Shown in pieces: positions 50,843 through 62,581 of a stretch of 64,000 bases of DNA (position 1 is its first letter; the number at the start of each line of letters is the position of its first letter). The translations under genes were made by a program, and so were the position numbers. This DNA is from Hyaloraphidium curvatum SAG 235-1 (Eukaryota > Fungi > Monoblepharomycota): contig JAIVFI010000032.1 in assembly GCA_025558095.1 (NCBI GenBank), positions 496,001-560,000 on the forward strand. The letters run 5' to 3'. The notes beneath the pieces were generated by a model that was given only the letters and a program-made list of their open reading frames with translations, was not told the origin of the DNA and searched no databases.

Positions 50843-51991
50843 ATGGACCCCTCCCCCGACGCCCCCCCTCCATCGGACGCGTCCGACGCGTGCTCCGAGG
50901 AGGCCTCGCCGTGGTCCTTCCCGCCCGAGGTCTTCCTCGCGCTCGCCGCCTTCCTGGGCCCGCAGTCGCGGGCACTGCTGGAGCTCTCCCTCGCCTCGCG
51001 CGAGATGCACCATCTCTTGCTCCCGACCCTCCTGAGACGCGTCGTTGTGCCCGATCCCCCTTCGCCCGGGTCGGTCGACGCGTTCCTGGCCGGAACCGGC
51101 GCGGGGTTCGCGCCGGACCGCCTGCGCCTCGTGCGGCACCTCGCGCTGCCGCCCTCCTGGGACTCAGGCGGCCCCGTGCTGAGACGATGCCGCTCCCTGA
51201 CCCGCCTGGACTGCGAGGCCGCGTCGGCGGAGGACCTCGTGCTGCTCCAAGAGCTCGCGCCGCCCTCCCTCCTCCACCTCTCCCTCCGCATCCGGGGCGA
51301 GCCGTACGTGCCCCCCCTGTTCGCCCTGGACCTGCCGCACCTATTGCACCTCTCATACCGCGGCCCAATCCACGCCCGCATCGAAGCCGCCGCGCTCGCC
51401 CTCCCGGCCCTCGAGACCATCGACACGCACTACGACCAGCCCCTGGACCAGCTCGCCGAGGCCGGCGACGACGTGTACCCGGACTTCCTCGCCAAAATCC
51501 GCACCCTCACCTTCAGGAAGCCCGACCTGCTCGAGGCGCTGGCACGCCGCCCCGAGTTCCGGCCCCGCGCGGTGGTCCAGGAGCCGGGACAGCGGCCGGC
51601 GGAACCGGCGCGGAGCACGCACGAGATGCGGATCCTGGCCGCCGCCCGGGAGGTGCCGAGCGTGAGGGAGGTGGAGATGAACACGCTGTCGAGCACGGCT
51701 CTGTGCGCGTGGTACGACCCGAAGCTCGAGTCGGTCAAGGTGCGCAGGGCGAGGCTGGACATCTCCCCCGCCTTCTTCGAGACGCGCGCGAAGGAGCTGG
51801 CGGAAGTCAACCCCAAGCTCGCCCTGGACGCCCCTCCGTCGGCCGGGGAGCCGGTCGTGGAGATGGCCGTGGACACGGACGCGCCGCACCCCGACGGACC
51901 CGAGGCAAGGGACGCCGAGCTGGCGTTCTGGAGGCGGATGGGCGGGGTGCGGGTGGTGATCGCGCCGCAGGCGGGTGGGCAGGGGGCGTAG
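50843..51991 (+). CDS. F-box/LRR-like hypothetical protein
   Basis: FPPEVFLALAAFL...LLELSLASREMHHLLLPTL F-box-like segment, then LRR-like LxxLxL repeats. Confidence 0.65.
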   Translation: MDPSPDAPPPSDASDACSEEASPWSFPPEVFLALAAFLGPQSRALLELSLASREMHHLLLPTLLRRVVVPDPPSPGSVDAFLAGTGAGFAPDRLRLVRHLALPPSWDSGGPVLRRCRSLTRLDCEAASAEDLVLLQELAPPSLLHLSLRIRGEPYVPPLFALDLPHLLHLSYRGPIHARIEAAALALPALETIDTHYDQPLDQLAEAGDDVYPDFLAKIRTLTFRKPDLLEALARRPEFRPRAVVQEPGQRPAEPARSTHEMRILAAAREVPSVREVEMNTLSSTALCAWYDPKLESVKVRRARLDISPAFFETRAKELAEVNPKLALDAPPSAGEPVVEMAVDTDAPHPDGPEARDAELAFWRRMGGVRVVIAPQAGGQGA

Positions 51992-53369
51992 GCCCGGGGG
52001 CCGGGCATCGTCAGCTCGAAGTACGGAACCCCGCGGACGCCGGTTCCGGGCTGCATCGGCCTCGGGGGGAACGCGGTCGCGGTTGCCGGATCGGCACGGC
52101 GGGACTGCGCAGCACGGGCTTCCGGGCTCGATTCTCCGAGGGACCCGGCTCCCGATGAAGGGACGGCGGAGGGGGCGCTGGTGCGCGGTGGCGGGCCGGT
52201 CTTGCGCGGAGGCGTCCTCGGGGCGGCGACTGGAGGGGACGGCGATGGACGCGGGACTCGTCGGGGACGCGGGGCCATCCCGACGGCGGGCCACCGGGGG
52301 ATCCGGTGCTCCGGTCGGGGGCGTCGGCGCGATCTGCGGATCTCGCCGTGTGCGGCGGGAAGATCCGGCCGCGTCGTTTCTCCGGCTCCATACAGATCGG
52401 CGATGTGTTCGCATACCGGCCCGACCGGTCCCGGTCCCGTTCGAGGACCGCCTCTCCCGCCCCCCTCGCTCGCGGGTCCCCCATCATCTCGCTGACGGAG
52501 CACCGGAAATTCCAGGGCGGTGCCCGCCTTCCCGACTAGGGACCGGGTCGCTGGCGGTGCAATAAGCTCAGGCAATGACGAACCTTGTCCTTGTTTTGGG
52601 TCGCTGGCGGTGCTGCACTGGCTGTGCCGGCTGGGCGCCCCGGGGTGGTGCCATCCGGCGCGGATGGCCGGCAAGACCCAAGGAAGTCATCCGGAAAGGC
52701 GGCGGGGAGCGTCCGGCGGGGTGGATTGCGCGGTGGGCGTGGTCCGCGGCGGGAACCCGAGTGAGCCTCGCGGGGCGGTGCGGGAACGGGGATCTTCGGG
52801 GGCGCCGGGCGGCCCACCCCCTGCGCGCGAATCTTTGGGATGGCATCCGGGAAGCAGATCCCGGACTTTCTGCGCTTCGGGACGCCGGTTCCAGCGCGCG
52901 GCAGGGGTCGGAAGTCGCAAAGCCGATCCCCAAAATCTAGGGGCCGATATCCGTTCCCCGGCCTGGACCATGACGCCAGCCTCGCTCCGCAACGCGATCT
53001 CGCGGCCGGGAGGGCACCGGGAGACTCAGAGGGGTTGGAATCAGTGTTAATTGGTCCAGCAGATCCTCCCGGACGCCCAGGACCGGGGGGAAGTCCGGTT
53101 TCCCGGTTAGTCACCGCCCGCACTATCTTCCCTCACTCTGGGACAGAGCTGCCTGTGCAGCGAATCCGGCCATCTGCGCCCGCAATAGACGATGTTGGGT
53201 ACTGGCAAGCCTACCGGAAGCTTCCATGCAGCGCGCATGCAACCCCGGTGGGTTGGTCAGCAGGGACTTTGCTGTGGGCGGCTTTGCGGGCCGCAACAAT
53301 GGAAGGTGCTAGGTTCTGGTGCGGATGACATACGCCGCCCACCAAACACCCCCCGCGCGCCCGCCCACG

Positions 53370-55927
53370 ATGCGCGTCCTGCTCACGCTCCTCGGGCTCG
53401 CCGGCGCCGCGGCGGTGACCGCCTCCGCGGCCCCGGCGGTGCGGCCGCGCCAGCTCGTCGAGGGCGCCGCGGAGTTGTTGTCCGCCGAGGTCGGCGCGCT
53501 GACGGCCGAGCGGGCCGCGGGCGGCGACGCCGGGCTGCGCGCGCTGCTCGCGGCCGGCGACGTCGATTGCCCCGACTTTGTGCTCGGCGCCGCCACCGAC
53601 GAGAGCCCCGCGCTGCCGTACCTCTCCGCCACCGCCTGCGAGCGCCCCCTCGGCAGGCTGCACTTCGCAAACGGGTCCGCCATGGTCCCCTCCGAGGCGT
53701 GGCAGCCGTGCTACGCCAACCAGAAGTTCGAGATCCTGCGCGACGACGGCACCTGGAAGGAGGCGCCCGACCCGACGCTCTACACCGAGCCCGCAAAGGG
53801 CCCGCAGGACCCGGCAGGGCCCGCGCAGGTGGGCCGCATCCCGCCCGCCGCCGCACCCCCCAGTTGCTGATGTTATTCCGCAGCTCGACATGAGGTTCTA
53901 CGTGCACCGCCGCGACAGGGACGTGCTCGAGCGCGCAAACTGCCAAACCGAGGCCGAGGGATCGACTCAGGCGCCCAGCTGGTACACCGCCTCCCTGCAG
54001 GGCCGCCTCCTGCGCCTCCATGTGCAGTGCAACAGCGGTCGCACGCGCGGCGACCTGTACTTTGTGGTGGGTGCACGGGCCGGGTGGCTTCCGTGCCGCA
54101 CGTCCCTTGCTCACTCGCTCGCCGTCCCCCGCAGTGGTCCCACCCCGCGACCGACGGCGTCGGCATCAAGAGCCTCACCTGCTCCGGCGGCAAGGTCACC
54201 GGCTACACCCTCGTCGGCGACGGCGCCCCCGAGCCCCCGGCAGAGACCACCCCTTCCGTCCCGGCCGAAACGACCCCGGCTGCCCCGGCAACGACTGAAG
54301 CACCCCCGGCCACCACCGAAGCACCCGTCGAGACCGCCACGCTCACCACCGTCTCGGGCACCCGCACCGTGTTTGTTCCCTGCCCCACCATCCCGGTCTC
54401 GACCGACGGCCGCTGCGGCTCGAGCTTCGGCACGCGCTGCGAGGACGGCATCTGCTGCTCGCGCTGGGGCTACTGCCAGGGTACGTGCATCGCGATGCAT
54501 GGTCGTGCGAGCGGGAGCTGATTCGCGCCCCTCCGCGACCCGCGAACCCCCATCCGACGCATGCAGACAACGGCGGCAACGCTGGTATGCACCCTTTGTG
54601 CACCACACGCCCTCCCCCGCTAACCTCGATGCACCCACAGGCGTGCCCTGGTGCGGTGTCGGCTGCCAGGTCGGCTTCGGCAAGTGCCACAAGCGCCCCG
54701 CCCTCGCCTCCGTCTCGGACGTCTGCAACCCGCACGGCACCCCGACCTCGGCCGCCTGGTCCGCCACCACCGTGTCGGCATCCACCCCGGTGTACAACCC
54801 CTGCCCCGACCTGCCCGTGGAGACCGACGGGCGGTGCGGGCCCGACTTTGGCGGCGCGAAGTGCTCGGACGGGTACTGCTGCTCGCAGTACGGTTACTGC
54901 CAGGACGACGGCGACGATTCCGGTTCGTTGACGCGCGTTGTGCATCCGTTTCGATTGGTGCTGACCGTGTTTGTGCGCAGGCGAGGCGTGGTGCGGCGAC
55001 GGATGCATCCTCGGCTACGGCAAGTGCTTCGTCGGCGCCACCGTCGTCAGCGACTTCTGCCCCGGCTCGACGACCACCGACGCCCCCGCCGCGACGACCG
55101 AAGCCCCGGCCCCGACCAGCGATGCTCCTGCTGCCACCACGGATGCCCCGGCCCCGACCAGCGACGCCCCCGCCCCGACCAGCGACGCCCCGGCCGAAAC
55201 CACCCCTGCCGCACCCGAGACCAGTGCCCCGGCTCCCGAGGAGACCACCCCGGCCGCAGCAACCACGGACGACGTCGCCAGCACCACCGCGTCCGCCGGC
55301 GTCGAGGAGACCAGCGCCCCGGCTCCCGAGTCGACGTCGGCCCCTGAGACGTCGTCGGAGCCCGCGCCGGCGACGAGCGAAGCCCCAGCGACCACGGATG
55401 CGCCCGCGGCTACCACGGCCGCGGAGGAGACGACCTCGGTGGGTGTTTGTACGTCGGGTGTCGCCGGCGTGCGTCTGACACAATCGTCTGCAGGCTGCCG
55501 AGACCAGCGCCGCCGTTGAGACCAGCGCCGCCGTCGAGACCAGCGCCGCCGCGGAGACCAGCGCCGCAAGCACCGAAGCCGCCAGCGAAACGACGTCGGC
55601 GGCTGCGGAGACCAGCGCCCCGGCCTCCGAGACATCTTCGGCCGCTCCCGAAGCCACGTCCGAGGCCGCATCGGAAACCACGTCGGCAGCTGCCACCGAT
55701 GCCCCCACGACCACGGAGGCCCCGTCGGAGGTGCGCATCGTCGATGTTGTTCGCGGGCGGCGATCTGACTCGCGTTCCAGACCAGCGCCGCCGAAACCGC
55801 GACCGAAGCCGCAACCACAACCGAAGCAGCATCCTCCACGGAGGAAGCCACGACCACCGCGGTTGAAGCGAGCTCGACGGAGGAGGCGACCACTTCTGCC
55901 GAAGCCACGGAGACGGCCACCCCTTAG
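53370..55927 (+). CDS. Secreted protein: unknown N-terminal domain + two hevein/CBM18 domains + long Ser/Thr/Ala/Glu-rich tail
   Basis: MRVLLTLLGLAGAAAVTASA; STDGRCG...CCSRWGYC and ETDGRCG...CCSQYGYC; APAPTSD and ETSAAV tandem repeats. Confidence 0.88.
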
Positions 55928-56120
55928 ACGGCCGCGATTTTCGACATTGCAGTTTAATTTCTTCCCGGCTAAAGAGTGTATGGAGTGCGCGTGCGTACTT
56001 GGACTAGAGCGACAGACATCTATGCTAGTCTTCCTCCTTCGCGTCGAAGAGGTTCCGGCCTCGGGTCAATTTCACACGTCCCGTTGCATACCCGCCCACC
56101 TTTTCCCTTTCCAACGCTGC

Positions 56121-57347
56121 CTACAACTTCGCAGCCTCGACCTTCTGCCCCTGCACCGCGATCTTTCGCTCGATCATCCCCGCGATCCTGTCCGCGCCGT
56201 ACCCCAGCTCGCGCAGCACGTCTGCCGTGTGCTCCCCCACCGCGGCCGCCCTCCTGAATTTGATCTTGGCCACCCCCTCCACCTCGAACGGGGAATTGAT
56301 CGTTTCGACCCCGTCCTCCCTCTTGACCACGATCCCCGCGGCGCGCGGCTGCGGGTCCGCCGCAACGTCGTCCATCGTGTTGATGATGGTGAAGGTGACC
56401 CCCGCGGCGTCCAGGGCGGCGCGCCAGTGCTGCCGGTCCTGCGACGCAAAGATCTCGTCGAGGAGGGCGATGAGCTCGGCCGCGTTCTCCTTCTGCGCCT
56501 CCTCGGTGGCGAACTTGGGCTCCGCCGCGAGGTCGGGCCGGCCGAGGGCGGCGAAGAGGGGCGCGAACTGGCGCTGGTTGAGGATGGCCAGGAACAGCCA
56601 GGTGCCGCAGCCGCAGCGGTAGATGTTTGCCAGGGGGCGGTCGCGCTCGGCGCGGGGCTTGCCGGGGATCTCGCCCGTGAAGTCGTGGCCCGAGAACTTG
56701 CCCTGCAGCATGGCGCCGTTGGCCCACATCCCATTGGCCATGAGCGAGGTGCGCACGAGGCCACCCCTGCCGGTCAGCTGCCGGCGGTACAGGGCGGTGA
56801 CCACGGCCGCGTAGAGCGAGACGGCGGTGGGGTGGTCGCCCTGCCCGGGCATGCTGGACGAGGGCACGGTGTCGGGCGACGAGCGCACGAGGTCCATGAG
56901 CGCCGAGCGCGCCCAGAAGGCCGTGGCGTCGAAGCCGCTTTTGCCGGCCTCGGGCCCGACCTCGCCGTATGCCGAGATGGACGCGTAGATGAGCCGCGGG
57001 TTCAGCTTGGCGAGGTCGGCGTACTCGATGCCCAGCCGCTTGCGCGCCTCGGGGAGCTGGTTGGTGATGAAAACGTCGGCACCGGCGACGAGCTTGTACA
57101 GCGCCTCGCGCGCCTCGGGGTGCTTCATGTCGAGCGCGAGGGAGCGCTTGTTGCGCGAGTCGAACTCGTACGGGAACGAGCCCGTCGGCCAAAAGTAGCG
57201 GTAGAGGTCGCCCTCTGGCGGCTCGACGCGGATCACGTCGGCGCCGAGGTCCGAGAAGATGGTCGCGCAGGCGGGGCCCGCGATGTACGAGGCAAAGTCG
57301 ATGACCTTGAGGCCCTTGAACAGGAGCACGGGGGCCTCGTCCGCCAT
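56121..57347 (-). CDS. CoA-transferase family III (CaiB/BaiF), intronless
   Basis: GLKVIDFASYIAGP...DLGADVIRVEPPEGD, SRNKRSLALD, NPRLIYASISAYG, GD, GEHTADVL. Confidence 0.95.
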   Translation of the reverse strand: MADEAPVLLFKGLKVIDFASYIAGPACATIFSDLGADVIRVEPPEGDLYRYFWPTGSFPYEFDSRNKRSLALDMKHPEAREALYKLVAGADVFITNQLPEARKRLGIEYADLAKLNPRLIYASISAYGEVGPEAGKSGFDATAFWARSALMDLVRSSPDTVPSSSMPGQGDHPTAVSLYAAVVTALYRRQLTGRGGLVRTSLMANGMWANGAMLQGKFSGHDFTGEIPGKPRAERDRPLANIYRCGCGTWLFLAILNQRQFAPLFAALGRPDLAAEPKFATEEAQKENAAELIALLDEIFASQDRQHWRAALDAAGVTFTIINTMDDVAADPQPRAAGIVVKREDGVETINSPFEVEGVAKIKFRRAAAVGEHTADVLRELGYGADRIAGMIERKIAVQGQKVEAAKL

Positions 57348-57644
57348 CGCGTCACCAGTAACAAGCGGTAATGGGCAGGAGGAAGGGGATTGGAAGGCTC
57401 GGCGCCGCGATGGCCGGCGGGGAAGCCGCGGGAGACAGAATCGGCGATCTCAGAGGGGGCAAGCGTGGTGGCGAGGACGCCGCCGCCCACCCGCGTGGTG
57501 GCTACCCGCTCAAGGAACGGGATACTCTTCCATATTCGGCCGGGATCAAGAAAATGCGGTCTTTTTTGGAATCAGCTAGACGACCGAGCGCCCACGAGAG
57601 GCACCGACCGCCCGCCGAGGCGCTGAGGCACGGCCCCGCACCCC

Positions 57645-58472
57645 CTATCCCTGATTCGGCTCCTTCACCACCAGCACCGGGCAGCTCGCGTTGTGCACCA
57701 GGTGATCGCTCACGCTCCCGATCATCAGCCTGCGCACCGCGCCCATCCCCCGGGATCCGACCACCAGCACGTCCGGCTTCTTGGTTTCCTTTCCCGGGGC
57801 GTCAGCTTCCCATCCGGTCCCGGGAGCGGGCGGAGAGCAACCCACGACGTACTCCGAGATCACGTCCCTCGGATCCTCCCTCTTGACCGTCACCGGCTCG
57901 TGCACGAGCGTCCACTTCCCCCCCTTGCCCGATTTCGGATCCACCCCGGCGGCCGACAGCTCCGTCTCGGCCTTGGCGATCATTGTCTCGGCGAATTTGG
58001 CCTCGGCGGCGACCAGGCGGTTCTTCTCGCCCTCGCTCGCGACGCCTGCGGGGCGCCCAGGGACGGGATCAGCACGTCGGCGTCGGGGGAGGGGCGGGGA
58101 GGGGCAACCTTCGGCCGCGTCCGAGCCCAGCAGGGCCTCCATGATGTCCTCGTAGTCGTCCGGCACGACGTTGACGCTCTGCGGGTCGGAAAAGGCGAGG
58201 AGCGCGTGGCCGGGAGCGAGGGTGTGTCGGTGCGGGCCACGCGGGAGCGCGTTCCGGGCCACCGGAATCAACATGCGGGGCCATTGCATCACAAAAGGCG
58301 CGGGAGTTCCGCGGTCAGCCCCGCTTCGACGCCGTGGCGGGCAGCGGGCACCCACGAGCACGGTCAGCGAGTCGCCCCTCTCGGTCCGCAGCAGGTTCTC
58401 CGCGGCGAACCGCAGCGCGGCGGCGCCTCCGGCCGACCCGTCGAACGCGACGATGATGTTTTTCGGGGCCAT
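57645..58472 (-). CDS. Universal stress protein (UspA), with introns
   Basis: NIIVAFDGS...DPRDVI...VLVVGSRGMGAVRRLMIGSVSDHLVHNASCPVLVVK. Confidence 0.92.
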   Translation of the reverse strand: MAPKNIIVAFDGSAGGAAALRFAAENLLRTERGDSLTVLVGARCPPRRRSGADRGTPAPFVMQWPRMLIPVARNALPRGPHRHTLAPGHALLAFSDPQSVNVVPDDYEDIMEALLGSDAAEGCPSPPLPRRRRADPVPGRPAGVASEGEKNRLVAAEAKFAETMIAKAETELSAAGVDPKSGKGGKWTLVHEPVTVKREDPRDVISEYVVGCSPPAPGTGWEADAPGKETKKPDVLVVGSRGMGAVRRLMIGSVSDHLVHNASCPVLVVKEPNQG

Positions 58473-58627
58473 AGAGGGCGCGGGTGGCTGTTCGGAGTTG
58501 TAGGTGAGTGTGAGTCAAGTTGTTTGGGCGAGTCCGAGTCCACGGCCGGCACCGCTCGGGACGTTCGCGCGCCGATCAGGGACAAGGCGCAAAAAGAGGT
58601 GGCGCAAGTGTTGCAAAGTCACATACA

Positions 58628-59881
58628 TCAGTCCTTGGATGGGTCCGACGAGGACACTGCTCCAGGTGGGGTATGCTCCAGGGCCAAGAGCACGGCATTG
58701 GCCCACCTCCGCACGCCCGGGCTTCCCGGTCCGAGCGAGTCCGACAGTCCAGCGGCCACTGCCTGCAATCGCGCGGCGGTGTCGGGATACGCCAAGGAAG
58801 GCACCTCCCGGAGGATGGACTCCAGCGGGAGCAGCCCCGCCTCCGCGGCCCTCGCGTCCCCTTCCTCCAGCGCGCCCTCCAGCGCCCTCACCAGCGTCCC
58901 CACCGCCCCCTTGTCCGCCGCCCTCCGGCACGCCTCCGAATGGCGGAACACCATGCTCCCCACCGCCTCGCACGCCGCCGTCCTTGCCTTGCCGTCCTCC
59001 CCCGCCGCGACGTCCAGGACGGCCTCGAGGCACCCGGCGGCGAGAAACGCGTCCTGCTGCGGGCTCGGGGCGCGGCCGTAGGTGGCGTGCGAGACGGCGT
59101 GGCATGCCCAGCGGCGCACGCGGGGGTCGGGGAAGGTGGTGATGGCGAGCAGCAGGAGGGTAGGGCCCGTCATGACCAACGGTGGTCCGGAATGCAGGTG
59201 GTCGTCGGCAATAGAGCATTCTGTCCGTGAGTGGAGGGCATCCGAGGCCTCCGAGGGTTGCCGGTCGCCGTCTGCCGGTGTGTCCGTGTTTGAACCCGGC
59301 CACGAGGCCACCATGGCCTTGCGCTCCATCGGCCCAACCATGTCCGTGCCGTAGCACAGGTTCCCGACCGCCCTGCACAGCTGCATCGCCAGCTCCGCCG
59401 TCCCGCGGTCCCTCTCCTCCGCCCGGCACGCACCCTCGAGGCAGCGCAGCAGCAGCGCCAGCCCGCCCGCGTCGGCGATCGCGGCCTTTGCTTCCGGCGA
59501 CGACGATCCGCCGATGTTGCCCAGCGCGGTGGCGGCCTGCACGCGCGCCCACAGGTTGGCGGGCGATGCGGGGCGGCGCAGGACGTGCAGAGCGAGGTCG
59601 ACGGCGCCGCCCTCGACGAGCTCCATCGCGACCGCCGCGTCTTTTTCCCATAATCGCGACTCGTCGGCGATGAATTTGCACGCGCGGGCGGCCAGCGCGG
59701 CGCACGACGGCGCGCCCATCGCGGCGGAGCAGAGGAGGGCGACGCGTTGGAGACGCGTCAGGGCGGGCCGGGAGAGGCCATCGGGCGCCGCTGGCACGCC
59801 CTTGACGTCGCGAGAGAGGTCCACGAGCCCCAGCAGCGTGACCGCTGCCGCCAGCGCCCGGTCTCGCGTGGGGGCCGGCAT
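58628..59881 (-). CDS. Armadillo-repeat protein
   Basis: AATALGNI, IADAGGLALLL, CRAVGNL, ACHAVSH, ACEAVGSM, GAVGTLV repeats. Confidence 0.75.
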   Translation of the reverse strand: MPAPTRDRALAAAVTLLGLVDLSRDVKGVPAAPDGLSRPALTRLQRVALLCSAAMGAPSCAALAARACKFIADESRLWEKDAAVAMELVEGGAVDLALHVLRRPASPANLWARVQAATALGNIGGSSSPEAKAAIADAGGLALLLRCLEGACRAEERDRGTAELAMQLCRAVGNLCYGTDMVGPMERKAMVASWPGSNTDTPADGDRQPSEASDALHSRTECSIADDHLHSGPPLVMTGPTLLLLAITTFPDPRVRRWACHAVSHATYGRAPSPQQDAFLAAGCLEAVLDVAAGEDGKARTAACEAVGSMVFRHSEACRRAADKGAVGTLVRALEGALEEGDARAAEAGLLPLESILREVPSLAYPDTAARLQAVAAGLSDSLGPGSPGVRRWANAVLLALEHTPPGAVSSSDPSKD

Positions 59882-59996
59882 CGGCGGTCCCGTGTCGGGG
59901 ATCCACTAGCCCGCGAACGCGTAGCTACGTCGAACGACGACACGAATCTCTTGTGAGTAGTTACGTTACATCCAATTGCCAAGTTGCACTTCCGGT

Positions 59997-62581
59997 TTAG
60001 TTGGATTGACCCTCGCTGCCATCCGACGAATACTGCAGGTGGTGCACCGACTTGCCCGCGGGGCTGGCAAACAGCAGCGCCGCCCCGGCCTCGCCCACCT
60101 CCACCTCGAGCTCGAACAGCCCGCGCTTGCCGTCGCTCTGGACAACGGCGTAGCGCTCCGGCTCGCTGCCGGGCTTGAGGATCCGGTAGACGGCGATCTC
60201 GACGGCCTCGCCGGGGGGTTCGGCGACCCCGAGGACCTTGGCCCGCTTGCCCGTCGTCGTGGTCCCGCCGAGCACCGCCTCGCCGTTGACGCCGAGCAGG
60301 TACGGCGCCCGCGGAACAACCTTGTCCGTGACGACGGTGACTTCGTACGGCCTGCCCTCGCCCAGCCCGTCGACGTTGAACCGTATCTTGTGCGTCTCGC
60401 CGGGCTCCAGCACCTTGCCGGCGTCGTAGACCGCGCCGCCGCCCGAGCCGAGGTCGAACCGGTCCACTTCGGTGCCGTCGACCATAACGGAGCACGGCTT
60501 GCCGGCATGGTCGCGCGACGTCGAGACCGAAAGCCACGGGTCGCGGGGCACTTTGAGCTCCAGCGCGGGCGAGCCATCGTCCCGCACCAGCCTGCCCGAG
60601 GCGTAGGCCACGTACGCGGGCATCTTGCTTTCCTTTTCCGTGCCCCGCACCGAGACGAGGTATGGCTCCGATCGCGCTCCGTTGGCGACCAGTACGACCT
60701 CGTAATCCCCGTCCCCGATCTGGTCCGCCCGGTAGCGGAACCGCGCGTCCCTGCCCGCGATCGCGGTGCCGACCCAGCGCCACGCCCCCGCGTCGCGGAC
60801 GACGATGTAGACGAGGGTGCCCTCGCCGCCGCCCGAGGTGCCCACCACGAGCGCGGAGGCGCTGCCCTCGAGCGAGACCTCGAGGCCGTCGGGGGTGTTG
60901 CCGCCGAAGGATTCGAGCTCGGGCGCCTTGTCCGCGCCGGAAGACTGCGGGATCTCGACCTCGCCGCCGGCTGTGGTGCCGTCCCCCGCCTTGGTTTCGC
61001 CGCCCGAATCGGCCCCCTTGTCGCCGTCCTTGAGGAAGTGGTGCGCGCGCTTCCCCCCCGGACCGGCAAACACGAACGTCGCCCCCGCCTCGCCGACCTC
61101 GAGCTCGATCTCGAACCTCCCGCGCTCGTCGGTCTCGGCCGCCCCGACCTCCTCGGGCTTCGCGTACGGCTTGGCGATCCGGTAGACCGTCACCTTGTCC
61201 TTCCGGCCGGCGGGCTCGGCGATCCCGCGCGCGGCAAACTTTTCCCCGGAGACGGAGGTCAGGCTGCCGACCACCGCGCGGTCGCCAGCCCGCACGAGGT
61301 AAGGCGGGACTTCCTTGATATCCTTGGAGGCCTCGACGAGGTACGTGTCCGAAAAGCCAAAGGTGAGGAAGAACAGCTTCCGCGCCTCCCCGGGCTTGAA
61401 CATCCCCTCCGCATCCTCCCAGCTGAACGAGCCGTCGGGCCCGGCGGTGCCCTGTCCGACCTGCTCGCCGTCCACGTACACGCCGTAGCCTGCGTTCGGG
61501 GTGCCGAGCCCGAAAAAGACCGGGTTCGGCGGGGCGACGATGGAGGTGGGGTCCTTGGGATCGGGGCGGCGGCCCGAGACGGAGCGGAGGGAGGGGAGCC
61601 GCGGCCCGTCGGGGACCTCGACGACGACCTTATACGATTTGGAGGAGCCCGGGGTGCTCGAGACCCGGAGCTCGTGGCTGCCGGACTCGCCGACGGGCCC
61701 GGCGTCGAACTCGAATGCGCCCCCGTCGTCGGCGATGGCGGTGCCGATCCACTGGCCGTCCACCGTGAGGTAGATGAGAGAGCCCTGCGGCGCATCGGCG
61801 GTGCCGGAGATGCGGGCGCCGCGGCCGTCCAGGGTGACGACGCCGTCCCGGTCGGGGGCGGAGCCTTCGACGTCGGTGAGCGAGGGGGCGTTGGTGTCGG
61901 AAGCGGGTGGGGGCGGCGTGGGCGGGCGGGGTAGGGGAGTCGCGAGGGATGCGAGGGCATTGATGCACCTGCAGCTGCCCGAGGACCTGCGGGATGCAAG
62001 CCAAGGAGGGGGATGCGGCGGGCGGGTCAGACATGCATGCCACGTGAGCGCATTGGGGGCGGGACTCACCAATCGGCTGTAAACATGTCCTGCCTCCTGA
62101 AGAGGCGCTTGGTGGGGACTTGAACCGCGACGGGCGTACCGTCGGGCACCACCATGCCGTCGGCTGTCACCTCGACGTAGCCGTCCTCCGCGGGCTCGAC
62201 AATAATCTCGGGCTTCAGGGCCCAGCGTGCCTTGTAGTCGATGCAGATTGTGACGAGGTCAATGGTGCCGCCCGCACCGAGGGAGGCGTCGGCGGCCTGG
62301 AGGGCGTAGGAGCCCGGGCGGCCGGGCACCGGGACCAGCGCAGCGGGCCCGTCCGCCGAGGCCAGCAGCCCGCCTTCGACGCGCAGCACGCCGCCATAGC
62401 GCCCGGCGATGTCGGCGGGGTTTCGCAGCGAGACGGCGGAGCACTGGCGCCACAGCGCGGGGGAGCCGGGCGCGGGGCGCGGGCCCGACAGCGGCGTGAC
62501 GCGCACGTCGGCGTGCCACGACGGGCGAGCGAAGGCGGTGCCGAGGAGAGCGAGCAGCACGAGAGCCGCGAGGGCCGCCAT
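59997..62581 (-). CDS. Secreted protein with tandem bacterial Ig-like (Big-type) domains, 1 intron
   Basis: MAALAALVLLALLGTAFA; ISGTADAPQGSLIYLTVDGQWIGTAIADDGGAFEF; GLGTPNAGYGVYVDGEQVGQGTAGPDGSFSW; two internal ~300-aa copies ending FE(I/L)E(L/V)EVGEAGA...GK..HH. Confidence 0.75.

Noticed and set aside
52000-53360. 1.3-kb GC-rich gap searched for ncRNA or hidden genes
   Set aside because: No tRNA/rRNA fold, codon bias or repeat recognised; treated as the upstream region of the CBM18 gene
54990-55920. Tandem 18-21-nt repeats as a possible CRISPR array
   Set aside because: In-frame coding repeats (APAPTSD, ETSAAV) with no unique spacers and no cas genes
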